Below are positions 13,567 through 25,800 of a stretch of DNA of 64,000 nt, in pieces; position 1 is the stretch's first letter, and each line of letters begins with the position of its first letter. The notes under the pieces were generated by a model. That model searched no databases and was not told the DNA's origin. It saw nothing but the letters and a program-made list of their open reading frames with translations. The translations under genes and the position numbers were made by a program. The stretch comes from Chrysomallon squamiferum. Taxonomy: Eukaryota > Animalia > Mollusca. The DNA lies in contig CM022670.1 of the NCBI GenBank assembly GCA_012295275.1, forward strand, positions 29,574,001-29,638,000, in the 5' to 3' direction.

Positions 13567-16500
13567 AAAAAAAGAATAATAATAACAAAAAGATAATAAA
13601 CAAAAATATAACAAATATGTTATTGTATTTGTTAGCATTCATTAACAAGTAGCAGGAAAGGAAACTCTTTAATACAATGCTACAGTTAAGAATAGTCCTG
13701 TTGTCCGTTATAAACATTATATTTCAGATACCATTACCCTTTTCTTTCTTTTCTCCTTTTCTGTATTTTAATGAAAATACTATTGTTCAATGTGTTAATT
13801 TCTAAATAACAATCTATATTGGAAACTTATTTTTGTGGGCATTTTTTTTCATTATTATGGTACAAATTTGGCACTTTGTTAGTTTAAGAAAAACAAATGC
13901 TTATTGGATTTAACTTTCATTATGATATATCGTTTTCACTACAAATACAAACAACAACAATAATAAAATATGTAGTAATAAACATAATAAAAGAAGGAAA
14001 GAAGGGTGCATGCTGAAATATCTAAATAGAATATAAAGGGATAGAATGAGCTGAACTGGTCCTAATTTGAAAAGTGAAAAGCCAGTAAGTAATACCTCCT
14101 ACCTGACACAGATTAAAAATATATTGTTCACTCTGCACTGTAATTTAAGACAAACAGGGTACATTTATTGAGTAAGCTGTTGTTTATATACTGAATATTA
14201 CTGAATGTTTGAAACATTTCTGTTTATTTCTCAAATATGTTGGTTTATTTTTGGAACTTATCTTTTTATTTGTTGGAAATACTTCCAGTTAGGGTCATGA
14301 ACAGTCATGCCTTTTATGTATCCTATAAGGTAAGGCATTAGAAATAAATCTAAAATATGGGGCAATGCTATTGAGATTGTTTTAATAATAATGACCCTAT
14401 TAAAATCAGGTTTATAGCCAACCAATCTAGTGCTTTTAAATCATTAAACTTTACTCTCAGTAATTATTTAATTATTATTATTTTTTAAATATCGTAGTCA
14501 AAATAAAAATAAAAATTTTGCATTTTCTGGGTGTAAATTAATTAAAGAAAACTGCATTGATAATATCTTGATAATGATGATGATAATAATAATAATAGGA
14601 ACTGTATCTATGAACTAATGACGAAGATAATAATAATAATAATAATAACAACAACAAAAAGGTTAACTTTAAGACAGGAATTTTTACATTATCTCTGAAT
14701 ATTAACTATAGATTATACAATTCTGTAACATATTTAATCTGTTACTGTTGTATAGCTGTTTGTAAGCACTGTTAACACAAACATTATCAACTCCACTTGA
14801 CACCAAAACTTTACCTTTATTCACTGAATTCAGTTTCACAGCTCACTGGTTTTAAATGTATACTAACAATAAATAGAGGAGGTCTGTTTCTGAAATTAGT
14901 AGGTCTTATGTCCTTAGCAACATAACTTAGTTTCTATGTGTACATATGTGTTTGTATGTGAACCTGGGTGTACAGGTGTGTTTAAATTGGTGTGTGTATG
15001 TGTATATTTTTTACAAAACACAAAACACACATACATATATATATTAAAGTACATATAGATAATATATATTTATTTTCTCAAATCTTTTCTCTTTTATATT
15101 TTAATGTTCTTTCTTTCTAAGGCAAATAAAGTGTAAGAAACTCTGTTAAAGTTAATTCAAATTGTAACAGTCAAAGATCAAATTCAGTATTATCATGTTC
15201 TATATATTTAGGCAGCTAATATCAGATTTATTTCTTTTTTATTTATTTGTTTTATTTATTTATTTATATTTTTTAACTGCCAATAATAATTAAAATAATA
15301 ATAATAATAAATAAACAGAAGTAATATCTAAAGGCAACCAAAAACTGTATAGAATTTGGAATGCTACTACATACAGAGACAATGTAATGCACTAAAATTA
15401 CTAATGTCAAAAAACCCCACAATTTCTTTTTGTGTACTTGTCTGTAAATACATGGCTTTTTGGCTTTAATCTCTGCACTCCTTACAAGCTACAAAATATT
15501 GAACCTTTATCTCCTGATCTGGTAACACAATACTGTTAACATATATTACCCAGCAACCACCATTATCACATTTATAGTGAACTGCATATGTATTATAAAA
15601 TAGTGGTAAGGAGAGTGTAAAATTCAAAGGAAATATTGATATAGGCTTACATAATACATATTCATAGGTTATGTGTCAAATAAAATGCCTGTACTTGAAG
15701 GATATGAATGGCATATTTGGTGAAATAGAAAAGGTTGTTTTTCTAGTTGTGTAATACAGTGTTAGGTGACAGAGGCATGTAAGATAAAACTGTTACTGAA
15801 TAACAGCAAACGCTGGTTTACCTGTGTTGTCAGTTCATTTATGATTATTTTAACATAACGGTGTTTCAGGCAAAAGGTAAGTATTTTCTTCTTCTAAATT
15901 TAGTTGTGTTTATTATGGTTATTTATACAGAGCTGATTTGTATACATTTTATATATATGTATGTAATTATTTAAATCTCTTTCCTTTGTGCAAATAATAA
16001 CAAAACACCTCTCTGTCATGCAAGTGAAAAAGTCAGTGACTAACATTAATCCTTTGTTTGAAAACACAGCTTATTCTTTAACATAAAAAAAATTAAAAAT
16101 AATAATAATAAAATAAAATTAAAATCTTCTAAGCAAAATACTATTGTTTTAGCAAAATACTTAAACTTATGAAACACTTTATAATTCATCTTCTTGTTAC
16201 CAGCATACTTACCTCTGAGCAACACATTTTTTCTCAATTCTCAAAAGTGGCATATTTCCAATTTCAGCCAAAGTTCATTATTGACACATCAAAATCTACT
16301 GCACATAACCCATTTGAGAGAAGCACATATAATCAATAAAATTAGCTAACAGACTGATGTTTTCTCTCTTAGTGTTGAAGATTTATTCTATAAATTTTGG
16401 TGTGAAACTAAAGCACCCATTTTAATTATAAAAACAAATACCTTTAAAGGAAAGAGAGAGAGACAGATGCATGTATGTATATAGATAGATGTGTGTGTTA

Positions 16501-17119
16501 TCTTAAAGTTTACTAATTTAAAATGTGATAAAGTGGAATCAAAGTAACATTTGACTGTTGGAATAGGAAATAACTGAAAAACTGCTGATAGGATCTTACA
16601 ACTCATCACACTTCATGTAATCACTCTGGCACTAATTACTGCTAATTCTTAATATTTAATTTATATTCCTTTACTAAAAGTTATTCTTATCACCTCTTTT
16701 TAGTCCATACTTCAGGATATAGTTAGAATGGGTTATTTATGTAAATATGAACATATTACTATAATGTCACACATTAACCATCTGATGGCATAATACTTTT
16801 TTTCCCCAGAGACACAACTCGAGCATGTGAATCCAGAGAAGCCATTTTCCGTCGTGCACTATCTCTGATGTCAACACGGTGCACTAATGACGTTGGTAAC
16901 AACATGGGTGTGCCTCTAATTGATGTGAATGAACCACCATTTGGTGTTCATGTTCCTGTGTATTTCCACATCCACCAGAACAAACCATCTCCAATGGCTC
17001 CACTCAAAGTAAGAATTTTCTTATTGAATACAGAATTTGATACATCAGGAAATAACAATATTTATGTTTTAATCTTCATTAAAAAAAAAATAATGAATAA
17101 ATGAATACATTTTATATAG

Positions 17120-17172
<53 letters not shown>

Positions 17173-17458
17173 ACTAATAATAATAATAAAAAATAAATAA
17201 ATAAATAAAATAAAAACAAATTAAATAAATAAAAAATAAATGAAAAAACATTCCTTTTTCAATGTAAAGATATGTTTAATATGTCTTAATATGATTTTGT
17301 ATTTAACATATACCTGCAAATGGTAGCCAAAAAAGTCTTCATTTATTTAGAATGATTGTCTAGATTATGTTCTGACAGAAAGTTTTTCTTACCTTGTATA
17401 CTGAGCAAAATAATTAAGCTATTTGTAGTTGGCTATGTCCATCCACACACAGACACAC

Positions 17459-17513
<55 letters not shown>

Positions 17514-18029
17514 TCAAACTCAAACATTCTCACCAATTGTCATAGAGATTTTATTTCTGAAAGGTGGATTTCCTTTCTTCTTTTTTTTAAATTTTACCAT
17601 GGACTGTATAGACAATTCTTTTTTTCATTATCAAACATAATATTGAACAATATCTTCACCATTTCTGTTTCAGATGTTCTTTTTATATTTGCATGTATGT
17701 GTAATAAATAGTATTTAAATATTTTACACACACACATACACAGAAAAGATAGCAATTTAACAGAATGAAATTAACTATCAAATATTTAAACTTTTTAACT
17801 TACTTTTTAATATCCAAAATTCTCACAAATGTCATAAAAGTGCTATGTTATTATCTGATAATAGTGTTGTTTTAAGATATATTTAGTGTTTTACATAAAT
17901 GACATACAATAGAAATATAGGTAAATGATATAGCACAGATTTAAGTAAATAAAATATAGCAGATATAGGTAGTTAAATGGTATACCACAGATGTGTAATA
18001 GATACAGGAATAAATGATATACAATTTTC

Positions 18030-18064
<35 letters not shown>

Positions 18065-18922
18065 AGAATTCACTTCAACACAGAAAGATGTTATAACATT
18101 AAATCTGATTTCTACCCATTTATATTTGTTTTTCAGGCTTGGAGAGGTTATCATGGCAATGTATATTTTGAACCAATTGCCATCAAAGGTATTCAAGAAG
18201 AGAAAGAATCTAAATTTACATCGCCAAACTGGAGAGAGGCAAGCACAGACAGCCAGTATCAACAAATGATGTCGACAAGGCGGCTGAGATCATCAGGCAG
18301 ACCAGCTACAACTCCTCCATCTAGATCAAACACACGACTTTCTGCCCGCAGCTCTGCTATAAGCCAGCCACAGACACAACAGCAGAGTGTTCTGCAGGAC
18401 AAGCACATGCTGAGTCATTCTAGTGAACCAAGCCCTGATGATGTCCAGTTCAAGCAGGGACTGCAGGACACTGGCAGTCTGAATGTACGCACTGAACAGT
18501 GTGAGCCCATAAGTAAAAAACAACCTTACAACAGAGAGAAAATCTGTAAAGGATCAGTTGCCCATAAGCTGAAGGCCCTGAAGGAAGAGAAGAAGGAACA
18601 AGAGAAGAAGAAGAATCCACTGCTGAAAGTGAGTGGTGACAAATTCAGTCCGGCACTGTCCATGTCGCCATTGTTACGCACAACAACTCAGTATTCATAC
18701 AGCAACCAGAGACTGACGATGAACAGCCCTGATCCCTACCACTCAGCATTCGAACACCTCCCACCCCTTGAGCAGGTCAGAGTCAGTTTGCGACACATGG
18801 ACAATTTGAGTGATGGTTCTTATGGAAGGAAGGTCACAATTACAGAAGAGTTGAAACCTTTTATCAAATACAGTCCTGATGTAAAAGCTAAATATCAAAG
18901 ACAAGTGCACTACCTCAGTTAA
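8440..18922 (+). CDS. Uncharacterised protein, ~592 aa long isoform: acidic disordered N-terminus, ordered central segment, S/R/K-rich C-terminus
   Basis: In-frame GT-AG exons 8440-9194, 10716-10754, 16810-17008, 18137-18922. Central part EDTTRACESREAIFRRALSLMSTRC...PLIDVNEPPFGVHVPVYFHIHQNKPSPMAPLK|AWRGYHGNVYFEP. Candidate 5'UTR exon at 6482-6520 and donors near 4971, 5200 and 5596. AATAAA near 19156. Family not recognised. Confidence 0.7.
9679..10658 (+). mobile_element. 5'-truncated L1/Tx1-clade LINE 3' end, intronic
   Basis: Degraded ORF2 C-terminus with a zf-RVT-like motif (CPLC..DEDLCHLFLYC) ending at 10442, a 3'UTR with AATAAA near 10636, and an A/TA-rich tail. Exact 15-bp TSD ATAAAGATGATAGTT at 9664-9678 and 10659-10673. 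Confidence 0.8.
12001..12402. repeat. Degenerate ~30-bp minisatellite (CACCACCATTAACTATTCATAATATATCATAT)
   Basis: Roughly a dozen tandem imperfect copies are visible. Confidence 0.85.
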
Positions 18923-19206
18923 ATGTTCATGCAGTACATATACTAAATTGGGACCTCAGTTAAATGATTATAGGCATGTATCATTCACTTGTGTTTCTAT
19001 AACAAAAATTTATTTAAAGTATTTCAGCTTGGAAATATGGATAGATGGAGATGTGTTCTGTGCTATTTCTCAGATTACACTGCACATTCAGTGAAATGTG
19101 CAGTATTCTAGAGACTGCACAGGGCAAATCAGTTTGCACTTATGCCCATCACAGTAATAAATATTTCAGAGTTTGTGAAATAAAAGGTATGTGAATGATG
19201 CAGATG

Positions 19207-21758
19207 TATTACCTTTTGATTAATAATTATGTCAGATTTTAACAACAATAATGCAAATATGGCTTTCAGATTTATAATGACAATGATGTCAAAGCATAAC
19301 TCTGTGGACCCCTTATTTCACTCTTTAAGGAGAATGAATAAATTAACAAACAAACAAACAAAAAATAAATAAATAAATATTTGGTTTTTATTTTGTTCTT
19401 TGAAGTAAAGCACACATATATTTCACCTTGTTATTGACATTCCAATGTAATATGTTAGTGGAACAATGGCCAATGCTGCTAGGATACATTTCTGAAAAAT
19501 AAACCTCAAATTAGTAGAGCATCAAGTTATTTTTGGTAGACATTTGGCTTGCTTTCAATTCTTCATTTCCTTTTTCTAAATATATTTTTTAAATTATTTT
19601 ATTCACAAACTTTAATTCAAAGAAAAAAGTATGTATTGTGAAATAATAAGAATAATAATTACAAAAACAACAAAGAAAACAATAATAAAGATGATGATCA
19701 TCATGATAACTATAAAATAATTATGACAACAATCTTTATAAGTGATGACCATTGTTGTCATTATTACAAGATGATGACAAATTTACTTATTTACATACAG
19801 CAGCTCCACCAATCATTTTGTTATCCTCATCTGTATAATCCAACACAAGGGCAAGCACAACAAATACCAGCAAGTCTGATACAGATTAAGAAAACTACAT
19901 CACAGGTGTATCTTTATAAGTTAATAAACCTTTATGTAAGCTATTGTTCTGAAACTATAAACCAAAAGTCTTGGTTAGTTATCTCCACTTCACAGTTACA
20001 TTTCAAACATAGACAAGGTTTTATCAAAGCTTTTCCTAGCTGGAATATTAAAAATATTCCCAATTTCTATCGACAGGATTTTATAAACAGTTACAGCTGC
20101 AGTGATCAGAATTATTATAATGTTCTAAATTTCTACAGTGTTTTATAAAAATCTACACTAATCACAATAGTAAAATGTTCTCAGTTCCAAACAACCAAAA
20201 ATATATTTAATCATTTTCTAATATTTTTCCGGCACAGTTATTATATCTGTGAATAAACTAAAGTAATTAATTGTTTTTTCACATTTTACAGAAGAAAACT
20301 GTAATAAGGATACTGGCAAGAATAACACTGTCTCCATCCACAGTGTACTTATAGTAGTAGACATTGAAAGACTGGTGTGTATACATAATAATCTCACTAT
20401 GAAGCATTCTCGAATCCTGAAAAAAAAAAAAATGATAAATAGCAAATGAATGAATGTTTAATGATTAAATAAAGAACCACATTTCATACATGTGTTATAT
20501 ATATAACTTTTAAGTTATATTTTAGTTGTTTTAAGCACCCAGTCTTAATTAACAATGCAGGATAACAATAAAAAGCTAAAGTTTAAAAAGGCTGTTTTTC
20601 TGTAGTTGTGTCATCACATACACAGTTGCTGGAAAATAACAGAAAAATTCAACAGTCAGTCCACCACGTATGCAATGATATCATGTCTTCAGTTCTTGAG
20701 GGGTAAAATGGCAGCATTCAAATATTCTACAATGACATTATTTTATTGTTATAATCTGCCAAACATAATAATTTAATAACTTGGAGTATTGTGAATTTTA
20801 TAAAATTATTTATTAATATCCAACACAGACAATTATATACCACAAGTTTTCACTGCATCTGATTACTCAAAAAGACTTAAATCATGAATGTTTATTATTT
20901 CTCCAATATACAGTTTTAGAGAGAAAACAGTGTACATAGTTTGATTGTGCTAACCTTCTTAAGGATTAAGTCTTCTGTTGCAAGTAATTTAAAATAAGAA
21001 TGTCATATTAATTGTAAAAATGCATCTAATTACCCATAAAAAATTACAGATAGATAAATAGATATAGATATAATAGTTTTATAGAAAAAAAAAACCCATT
21101 TTAAACAATACAACACAATTACATGAAATTATCAAAATGAAGTAAAAATAAGTTATGTATTATCAATGCTAATATTTTTCTATTTGTTAATATTTACTTA
21201 CTAATGGCATTTCACTGCAGTCAGCAATATCAATTTGTTCTGGAGACAAAAACAAAATCTTTGTCATTGTCTTGCTATTGAGCTGGCAAAAAAAAAAAAA
21301 AAAAAAATTAAAAATAAAATAAACATATCTACAAACAGGAGTGAATTTAATGTGTCATTATATATACAACCAATGAAGTTTTTGTTCAATTCTGCCATTT
21401 AAAAGAAGAAAATCAATTTAAAAATATATATAATTTCTTTTCTTTTTAACTTTCTTGCAGTGTTAATAAAATCACTATTATTGTTAATTTCATCAATTTA
21501 AAAACAAAGTAAGAGAAAATGCTTAATTTCATGTAAGTTATCTGCTGGCATTTATTTTATTTTATTTTAATTTATTTATTTATTATTTTTATTCCATTTT
21601 ATTTTATTTTATTTTATGTTTTTGTTATGTTTTTGGCAGGGGTATTAATAATATAAATTTACTAGTTTTACTGTAGTGTACAATGTGCTTACTATACGTT
21701 AGATACAAGAATTATAACACATGACAATCTACGGTACTTACTTTTGCAATAGGTATTG
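19207..21758 (-). pseudogene. Inverted partial duplicate of the CAX gene (last 17 nt of coding exon 6, exons 7-10 and their introns)
   Basis: Reverse complement of 26579-29139. Copied exons at 21282-21202, 20416-20314, 19875-19799 and 19491-19427 have the same lengths as the originals and intact splice sites. Exon differences seen: TCA>TCG, GTC>GAC (V>D), CTG>TTG. Confidence 0.9.
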
Positions 21759-22370
21759 ACCGATTGATGCTGGTGCCCTAATAATATGGTAGAAATTACA
21801 ACAAATCTGATTAAGGGCAAGGACGTTTACTTTCTTCAAAATAAATATCACATGATTTTTTGTGTATGAATTTACGTATGCGTAAAACGACATGATTTAT
21901 TATTTTAACGTACGTGCTTGTCAGCTTGTTACACGTTTATCCTTGTATGGTAAGATGCATTTTAAATGCTTTGATAATCATATTTAAGATAGATAATTGT
22001 TAATCAGTATTTTTGTTTACCACTATCATGACTATAACTTTATCAGTCGATTAACTGTATCAGTGTATGATGAGTATCACGACTGGGAGTATCTCAGTGT
22101 GGCAGGATCATGGGTATGTGACATGTCCAGTTGTTCTGCCGCGAAGTTCCAAAATGTCAACACAGTATTAATAGCATTACAGTATTAATATTATTATTTG
22201 TTACAGCAATAGAAATATTTTTATAATGCATAATACATATATATACACACACACACATATATTATTATTACAATTGACAGTTGTGGAATTGTTTCTCTAA
22301 AACTTGACAATATGATATGAAGAAAATCACCTTGAAATTGCTTTTACAGCTGGCTGGAGCTTCATTTATA

Positions 22371-22588
22371 CAGAGGGGTTACAAAAGTAGGTATGCAGTT
22401 ATGAAAAAAGAAAACTCTTACAGTACTCATTGTATTTATTATTCAAACAAAAAAGCTAACCTAAAAATATATGCATTTTTATTAATTTAAATAAAATGTG
22501 GTTAATGACACTCAAAATAAGAAAAATGAGTCCTACTAAATTCACTGATGTGATACTACTATATACCTACTTTTGCACACACACACTG
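22371..22588 (+). mobile_element. Tc1/mariner-type MITE, copy 1
   Basis: TA|CAGAGGGGTTACAAAAGTAGGTAT ... ATACCTACTTTTGCACAC..CTG|TA, with a TA target site. Same family as 33945-34157. Confidence 0.75.
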
Positions 22589-22822
22589 TATAAAAAACAT
22601 ATTTCTGACACTGTTGCTGTAAGACTACATTATTTTGTTTGACTTGGACATAGCAAAGATTTTTATTTTATGTGATGACTGATATACTACTACTACTACT
22701 GCTGCTACTATTTCTACTACTGCTGCTGCTTCTGCTGCTGTTACTACCACTAATTATTTAAATAAAACTTAAATTATTTTTCAGTAAGACGATATTAAAC
22801 TGTATGTAGTGATAAAACCAAA

Positions 22823-25800
22823 ATGTCCTCAAAACTCAGTGACCATGTCACAATGTTAGACAACTCCGATGACCACAGTGCGTTCACCAGGTCCGAAGGG
22901 TCAGGATGTCCACATGTTAATGAGACAAGAAACAGACATTCAAGAACTCACTCATTAGAGGAACCTCCACACAAATATGAACAGAATGAGACCAACTTTG
23001 AAAACAGCTGTGTCATGCTTCATTCTCCAGAAAATGATATTGAGGCTCATAGAATCTCAAATAACTACTTGGTAAATTACTTTTTTATTTTCTTTATTTT
23101 CTTTATTTGTTTCTTAGTTAGTTAGTAAGTTCTAAAAGGGAATAAATATAATAATAAAGAATAAAGATTCTGATAACATCATATAGACACACACACAAAC
23201 ACACACATTCATAAAACAATATTTTAATATTATAATAATATTTAAGGAATGAAAAGACAAAATTAAATTTAAAACAAATAAACTGTAGTTTAATGAATAA
23301 CAGAGGCTATTTTACCAGAATATGATGGTGTATCAATAAACTTTATTATTAATAATGTATTTCAGTTATAAATGTAGGTTAAGACATTGTAAATTCAGAG
23401 CTTGAATTTAAAGTATACCTGTGATGTTAAATAAATGGTTGAATAAAATTCTTAATATTTACAAGTTTTGGTTAATTTATTGTCACTGATTACAAAGTAT
23501 GATAATAAAATACCTAAAAGCTGCTATTTTACCCAGAGACAACTGGAGTAATGGTATCATTGCATATGTTGTGGACTCATACATGTCTGTTTTGCTAACA
23601 CTACAATATTTTTGAGTAACTGGTTCCCCCATCCCTTTCTACAATGACATGACAGTTTCAGAAAAATGTCACTTCCCAGATTTTTTTTTGAGGTTATAAT
23701 TCATTAATAAAGTATGAAGAAAAAAGTCATAGAAATATAAAATATAAAATATAACTTAGAAGTAAACAGAATATAACTGACAGACTATTTCTTTATATCA
23801 CAAAAATTATTTGCAATGCAAAATTTCTTACTTTTCAACAGGAATAGAGGGATTTTATAATATTTCTGTCAATTTAATTTTAGTTTGGGTTCAAGAAATG
23901 GAAAAGTCATGTGACCTCACGTCCTCTGTCAATGAGGTCAGAAATAGTTCAGGATTTATATGCTGATATTAACAAAGTGAAACCTGTGAAAGGTATAAAC
24001 ACTTTTTAAAAATTTTGTTTAATCTAGTTTTCACAGATAATTTCTTATTATTTAATTCATCAGTTTTTCATCAGTTATTTCATTTTTACTAATATTTTAG
24101 CCAAGTTTAGATTTTCAGCATGCTTCTATACTAATCAAAATAAATAAATAAAATTTTTACTAAAGTTTAAACAAAGACAAAAAATAAAATGGAAAATGTC
24201 AAAGAAGTGATAATGAAAAGATTTCAGAAGATTACAGTATCATCAAACGTTTCTTATGGCTTGTTTATTCATCAGTAGAAACCATTTTACCAAATAATAA
24301 ACACAATAGAAAACCACTCTGAAGATACAGTATTCACATTCACTAAGACAAAGCCTGACACAGAAACAGAGACAATAACTGCATACATGGATGGAAGAGA
24401 AAGAAAAAAGGATAAGCGTATCTTCTAGTGACTAGCATACAACTACTATTTTCAATTTTTAATGATTTATAATTAATTTTAATTTTTCGTGTTTACTATT
24501 TTTAATTTTTATTGTAGTTTATTAATTTATTTATCATCTTGTTTTTTCAGTGACTACTGTGAGGCCCAGTAACATTATTTACATGTTGACATTTGGCTGG
24601 TGCTTGTTCGTAATTTACCTGCTGGTAGCTGGTTTAATGTTTCTAACATACTTTGGTAGAGGCTATGGTGAGATATACAGTTTAAAATACAGCCATTGTT
24701 TGTATATTCTAAAAGAATAATGACTGTAACACAATATTTCACTGATAATGATAGTAATTGTGATATTTATATATATATATTTATTTATCAAATGAGACAT
24801 TGTCCAGTGCAAGCATATATGTCTACATGTGTTTGTGTGTGTTGATAGACATAAACATAAAATTAATGTTTAGGCTTTATCATATCCATAGATTATATCA
24901 CTAAATATTTCATTTCAAATAAATTATAACTGATCAGCTAAAGACTAATTTTTTAACATGTTTTTTGGTTATATGCTAAAAACTTGCTTTGGTAAACTGA
25001 GTTTAACAATATTTGATGGGGGAAAAATGGCAAATTTCAAAAAACCTATTTTTCTTTTTCCTGTTTTAGGAAAGTTTTGTTGGAAAATGGCAAAATATTT
25101 TCTATGGCCATTTGGCAGGTTTGTTCATCAGGTATATACTGTTTTAGTTATTTCCTACTTAATGTTAACTAATAATGTTAAATATTTTATAGTAAAATGC
25201 ATCTTAAATGATATAATTAGTATAAATATATTTTGTATGCTTCCACGTAATTATTTTATTGGGCTAGACATTTACAGTTGACAGTAATACATTTTATTTT
25301 TTATAGCATTAAGCTTCTTGTTTTTAACACCACTTATAAATTAAAATTTCATATATCTTTATAAAAATAAAATAACTGTCAAATTTAATAGGAAAACAAA
25401 AGCAGTTTTGTAAATATTTTCACACATTCAATATTAATAAAAACAAAAATATTTTCATTTTCTTAATTAATATTGAATGTGTGAAAATATTTTTAATGCT
25501 TTCTTTTTTCCTGTATATACATGCACACACATACACATATTTTGTAAGTCCTGGAATTTTTTTTTTATAATTAATATTGAATATGTGAAAATACTTTTAA
25601 AAATGCTTTCTTTTTCAGTTATTTCATTTTCATAAAGTAATATATGAATATCTATCTATGTATGTTATACGTCTGTTTTTTAATATCTTTGAAAATTAAA
25701 TAATTTTTATACAATTATCTCATTTTTAATTATTTAAACATTTAAGAATTAAGACTATATTTTAAAAAAATTCAATAAACATTTATATTGATAATGCCCT

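Noticed and set aside
19723-20148. 141-aa ORF duplicated at 28187-28612(-) as a novel gene pair
   Set aside because: It is antisense to CAX exon 9 and its flanking introns. The identity simply reflects the inverted duplication.
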